Assembly: GCA_947629655.1 (NCBI GenBank)
Contig: CANREL010000005.1
Location: 24,790 to 88,789 of the forward strand
Reading direction: 5' to 3'
Source of the DNA: an uncultured Bacilli bacterium
GTDB taxonomy: Bacteria > Bacillota_I > Bacilli_A > RF39 > UBA660
DNA length: 64,000 bases
Below the pieces are notes generated by a model. That model saw only the letters and a program-made list of their open reading frames with translations, searched no databases and was not told the origin of the DNA. The translations under genes were made by a program, and so were the position numbers. Below are positions 60,448 through 64,000 of the stretch, one piece after another. Numbering within the stretch: position 1 is the stretch's first letter; every line of letters starts with the position of its first letter.

Positions 60448-62547
60448 CTATACTTTTTTCAAGCTCTTATGATTTTTCATCAATTTCTTTATTCCGTGTG
60501 GATGTTTGAAAGCAATCGTGGCTACTGAACCCGATAATTCAATTATTTTACCTGGTCCGAAGACATCATGATAGACAAAATCACCCACTTGATAATCAAC
60601 ATCATCTTGATATAATTCTTTTTTATCAATTTTTTCTGGATGTGACTCGTTCTCATTCTCTTTAAAGGCTTTTTCTAACAAGTTTTGATCAATTTCAGCG
60701 ATGAAACGACTAGCGGGATTAGATTGTTCTTTACCATATAGAGTTCGCATTCGACTGTTCAACAAATACAGTTTCTCTTTAGCTCGCGTGATGGCTACAT
60801 AACAAAGTCTTCGCTCTTCTTCCAATTCACTATTATCCATTAAGGAGTTGATATGAGGAAAAATTCCTTCTTCAAGACCAACGACAAAGACATAATCAAA
60901 TTCTAATCCTTTTACAGAATGAACGGTCATCAAATTGACACGGTTAGGATCATTTTTATACTCACTGACATCAGTCAATAGACTTATCTCTAATAAAAAG
61001 TCTTCTAAGGATATGACTCCTTCACGTTCTTCAAACTCTTTAGTTATTGATTTAAACTCTTCTAAGTTTTCTAAACGGATATCAGCTTCTAAAGATTTTT
61101 CATCTTCATATTCTTTCCTAATTCCCGTCACATCTAATATCTTATCAACTAATTCAGTCAAGGTCAAATCATTAGATATTCTTTTCAAGTCTTCAATCAT
61201 TGTTTTGAATTCATATTCTTTTCCAGAAGTGATAGCTTCGTACATACTGATTTCTAAGGAGTCAGCTTTTTCAGCTAGATTACTAACTGTTTTTAAACCA
61301 ATGCCACGCTTTGGAACATTTATTACTCTAGTTAAGCTTATATTATCTTTTTCATTATGAATCAAACGCAAATACGCCAATAGATCTTTAATCTCTTTAC
61401 GACTGTAGAAACCTGTTCCTCCAACTATTGTATAAGGAATATTTTCTTTTAAGAATTCTTCTTCTAAGACATGTGATTGGGCATTAGTTCGATAGATGAT
61501 TGCGATATTTTGATAATCGATACCACGATTGATCAATTGTTTTATTTCTCTGATACAGTAAAAAGCTTCATCTTTTTCATTGAACGCTCTAAAATAGGTA
61601 ATCTTTTCACCCTCATTTTTAGTAGACCATAGATTTTTATCTTTTCGTTCAGTATTATTTCTAATGACACAATTAGCGGCATTCAAAATATTTGATGTCG
61701 AACGATAATTCTGTTCTAGTTTTATTACTTTAGCATTAGCATAATCTTTTTCAAAGTTTAAAATATTGCGATAATTAGCTCCTCTAAAACTGTAGATGGA
61801 TTGGTCATTATCCCCAACACAACAAATATTTTTATATTTAGCACTTATCATTTTAGTCAAGATGTATTGTGCTTCATTCGTATCTTGATACTCATCTATC
61901 AATATATATTTAAACTTTTCTTGGTATTTTTCCAAAGTATAGGGATGTTCTCTAAAGAGTTTTATTGGCAATATCAAAAGATCATCAAAATCGACAGAGT
62001 TATTTCTCTTTAACATCTTTTCATATTTGCGATAGACATTTAAAACGACTTTTTCAAATTCACTTATAGCAAACTTTTCATAATCATCAGGCATTACCAT
62101 TTCATTTTTACAACTACTTATTTTATTTCTAATGGCATTGGGATTATATATTTTAGGATCTAAGTTCAATTCTTTTAAGACTTTTTTAACTATTGATAAA
62201 GAATCATCACTATCCATTATGATAAAATTGGATGAATACCCTAAAACATCACAATTTTCACGCATTATTCTAAGGCCAAAAGAGTGAAAGGTTGAAACTT
62301 GGCTACCTTTAGCGCGATCCCCAACCAATTTGAACAATCGCTCACTCATCTCTTTAGCGGCTTTATTAGTAAATGTTATCGCTAGTATGTTATAAGGACT
62401 GACATTCTTTTCTTCTATTAAGTACGCTATTTTGGTAGTTAGAACTTTGGTCTTTCCACTTCCAGCACCCGCCAATACTAAAATAGGTCCATCTGTTGTT
62501 AGGACTGCTTCTTTTTGTTGCTCATTCAATTCGTTTAGATTCATCAT
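60448..62547 (-). CDS. pcrA: ATP-dependent DNA helicase PcrA (UvrD/Rep superfamily 1)
   Basis: LNEQQKEAV, Walker A AGAGSGKT, and the SF1 helicase motifs throughout. 699 aa. Confidence 0.92.
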   Translation of the reverse strand: MMNLNELNEQQKEAVLTTDGPILVLAGAGSGKTKVLTTKIAYLIEEKNVSPYNILAITFTNKAAKEMSERLFKLVGDRAKGSQVSTFHSFGLRIMRENCDVLGYSSNFIIMDSDDSLSIVKKVLKELNLDPKIYNPNAIRNKISSCKNEMVMPDDYEKFAISEFEKVVLNVYRKYEKMLKRNNSVDFDDLLILPIKLFREHPYTLEKYQEKFKYILIDEYQDTNEAQYILTKMISAKYKNICCVGDNDQSIYSFRGANYRNILNFEKDYANAKVIKLEQNYRSTSNILNAANCVIRNNTERKDKNLWSTKNEGEKITYFRAFNEKDEAFYCIREIKQLINRGIDYQNIAIIYRTNAQSHVLEEEFLKENIPYTIVGGTGFYSRKEIKDLLAYLRLIHNEKDNISLTRVINVPKRGIGLKTVSNLAEKADSLEISMYEAITSGKEYEFKTMIEDLKRISNDLTLTELVDKILDVTGIRKEYEDEKSLEADIRLENLEEFKSITKEFEEREGVISLEDFLLEISLLTDVSEYKNDPNRVNLMTVHSVKGLEFDYVFVVGLEEGIFPHINSLMDNSELEEERRLCYVAITRAKEKLYLLNSRMRTLYGKEQSNPASRFIAEIDQNLLEKAFKENENESHPEKIDKKELYQDDVDYQVGDFVYHDVFGPGKIIELSGSVATIAFKHPHGIKKLMKNHKSLKKV

Positions 62548-62615
62548 TCTAACCTACCTTCCAAACAATATTATATCGTATTATCAAAGCAATTAAAATA
62601 AAAAGAAGAAGATTA

Positions 62616-63785
62616 TTATTTATCTTCTTCAACTTTAAACACATAACGCCATACTTCTTTACCATTGATGATTACGAAGTATCCTTCACGATTACTCTTA
62701 GTCTCAAAGTAAGCGATTGGAATGCGCAATTCATTTTGAGCATCTAATAGAGCATTAATACTTTCAACCTCAATAATTTTATGATCTTTTAAATCAATCT
62801 TATTCTTTACTTTAACGATGACATCAGCATTAGCAGATATTATCTTATTTAATTTATTTATATATCTAGATTGAGCTCTTTCACTCTTCAATACTTTTCT
62901 TATCTCTTGAATGAATAAAAGGATACTTGATACTAACATGATAAGAGCAAAGATTATGAAGAAAGCACTGACACCAGTCGAAGCATTCTCATCATAAATT
63001 GATTTACTCTCATTAGCTGGATTATTAATAGTTATTTTAACAGGATTACTGATTAGTGGAATATTGACATCCATCTTTTTAGAAGTATTGATGATAGTGC
63101 CATTATAATTATCGATAACTTCAACGTACATCGATACTTTTAACATGGCATCAACTGATAAACCATATGAATTCTTATAACTGTTTATAAAGTTGTTATA
63201 CGTTGCATAATCAATGGCATAATCTTTTTTAAGATAATAGCTATCACTTTCAGTTTGACTACCCGTTATTTGATTTTCTAATTGATAAGGCTTCGTAAAA
63301 ATCACATCACTGTCACCGACAATATTACTCTTATTAGTAGCTACTAAAGTCGCCGTTGTGAAATAGCGATAACGATAATCTCCCTTTTGACTAGCATTAA
63401 ATTTATACTCGTATTCAATATTTATTTTATCAATTGCCAAAGCGGGATATTGTTGGTTCATGTCCAAAGTCTTAGTTGAATAAAAAGCATTTGGTCGCAA
63501 TGAAACATTATATTTGACGTTGCTCTCTTCAACATACGTAATCAGTAGTTTATGACTTTGAAAATTGATAGATGCCGCCATGATAAACATGAATATTGAA
63601 CCGATGAATAAAATTGATATCATTATGATGTTAAAGACCATTTTACCTTGAATCTCTAATTTTATTTTGAACATGTCTTCGCGTGATATCTGTTCATTTT
63701 TCTTTTTGGATGCATTATTCACTCTTTTTTTAATTGGTGTTTTCGTACTAGTCTTTTTCGTCTTAGTACTAGATTCTCTTTTCAT
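62616..63785 (-). CDS. hypothetical membrane-anchored protein
   Basis: 389 aa. Basic N-terminus, a single TM (IIMISILFIGSIFMFIMAA) and a large extracytoplasmic domain, with a second TM near the C-terminus. Confidence 0.5.
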   Translation of the reverse strand: MKRESSTKTKKTSTKTPIKKRVNNASKKKNEQISREDMFKIKLEIQGKMVFNIIMISILFIGSIFMFIMAASINFQSHKLLITYVEESNVKYNVSLRPNAFYSTKTLDMNQQYPALAIDKINIEYEYKFNASQKGDYRYRYFTTATLVATNKSNIVGDSDVIFTKPYQLENQITGSQTESDSYYLKKDYAIDYATYNNFINSYKNSYGLSVDAMLKVSMYVEVIDNYNGTIINTSKKMDVNIPLISNPVKITINNPANESKSIYDENASTGVSAFFIIFALIMLVSSILLFIQEIRKVLKSERAQSRYINKLNKIISANADVIVKVKNKIDLKDHKIIEVESINALLDAQNELRIPIAYFETKSNREGYFVIINGKEVWRYVFKVEEDK

Positions 63786-63912
63786 AAAAGCACCTCACTA
63801 ATTCCCCCTATTTTCATAAAATCATTATACTATATAATTGCTTTTTTTTTAATACTTTTTCACATAAAGTTCTAATTTGCGTATAATACACTGTAATTAT
63901 TAAGGAGGTAAT

Positions 63913-64000
63913 TATGAAGAAAATAGTTATAAATATTTTACTAATTTTAATAATTTTTGTACTCTTATGTTCAGTAATATTCAATTTTAATAGTAAAAGT
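63913..64000 (+). CDS. hypothetical membrane protein, partial (N-terminus only; window ends)
   Basis: AAGGAGG RBS 6 nt before the ATG at 63913. MKKIVINILLILIIFVLLCSV... is a signal/TM-like start. Confidence 0.3.

Overview
This is an AT-rich window (GC looks under ~30% by eye) from a Firmicutes-type chromosome read with the standard genetic code: TGA acts as a stop in the well-conserved genes. The layout is Bacilli-like (rpsD/tyrS, trmB, ytgP-type murJ, cse60-like, leuS, ytqA/ytqB-like, pcrA-ligA).

Roughly the first 35 kb is core housekeeping:
- ribosomal protein S4 (rpsD);
- a T-box-controlled operon of a HAD-family hydrolase, deoxyribose-phosphate aldolase and tyrosyl-tRNA synthetase (HAD-deoC-tyrS);
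- YtxG/YtxH-like stress proteins;
- the tRNA methyltransferase trmB;
- a peptidoglycan interpeptide-bridge cluster with three FemABX paralogs, a possible degenerate GDPD-like gene and a YtgP-type MurJ flippase;
- phosphoketolase;
- a MacB-type ABC transporter;
- a PgsA-like phosphatidyltransferase;
- a T-box-controlled leuS whose product carries a Nudix-box insertion;
- a GH31 glycosidase and a patatin-like lipase;
- a radical-SAM/MnmM-like methyltransferase fusion.

Two parts look accessory or novel:
- **(i) 13.8-19.3 kb.** A four-gene translationally coupled operon on the minus strand: a TelA-like coiled-coil protein, an unknown, an AAA_5 (MoxR/CbbQ-type) ATPase with a long coiled-coil N-terminus, and another unknown.
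- **(ii) 35.9-57.5 kb.** A ~21 kb, almost entirely minus-strand locus. It encodes about seven small secreted proteins with SipW-cognate-like signal peptides (TasA/camelysin-like), two archaeal-type SipW signal peptidases (one with a long C-terminal extension) and a catalytically dead SipW paralog. It also encodes a 2617-aa beta-helix-repeat surface protein. Embedded in it, a membrane-anchored McrB-family GTPase and a putative McrC-like partner sit in an operon directly upstream of sipW.

The window ends with pcrA-(NTP-transferase)-ligA. I found no transposase, integrase, CRISPR array, rRNA or tRNA gene.
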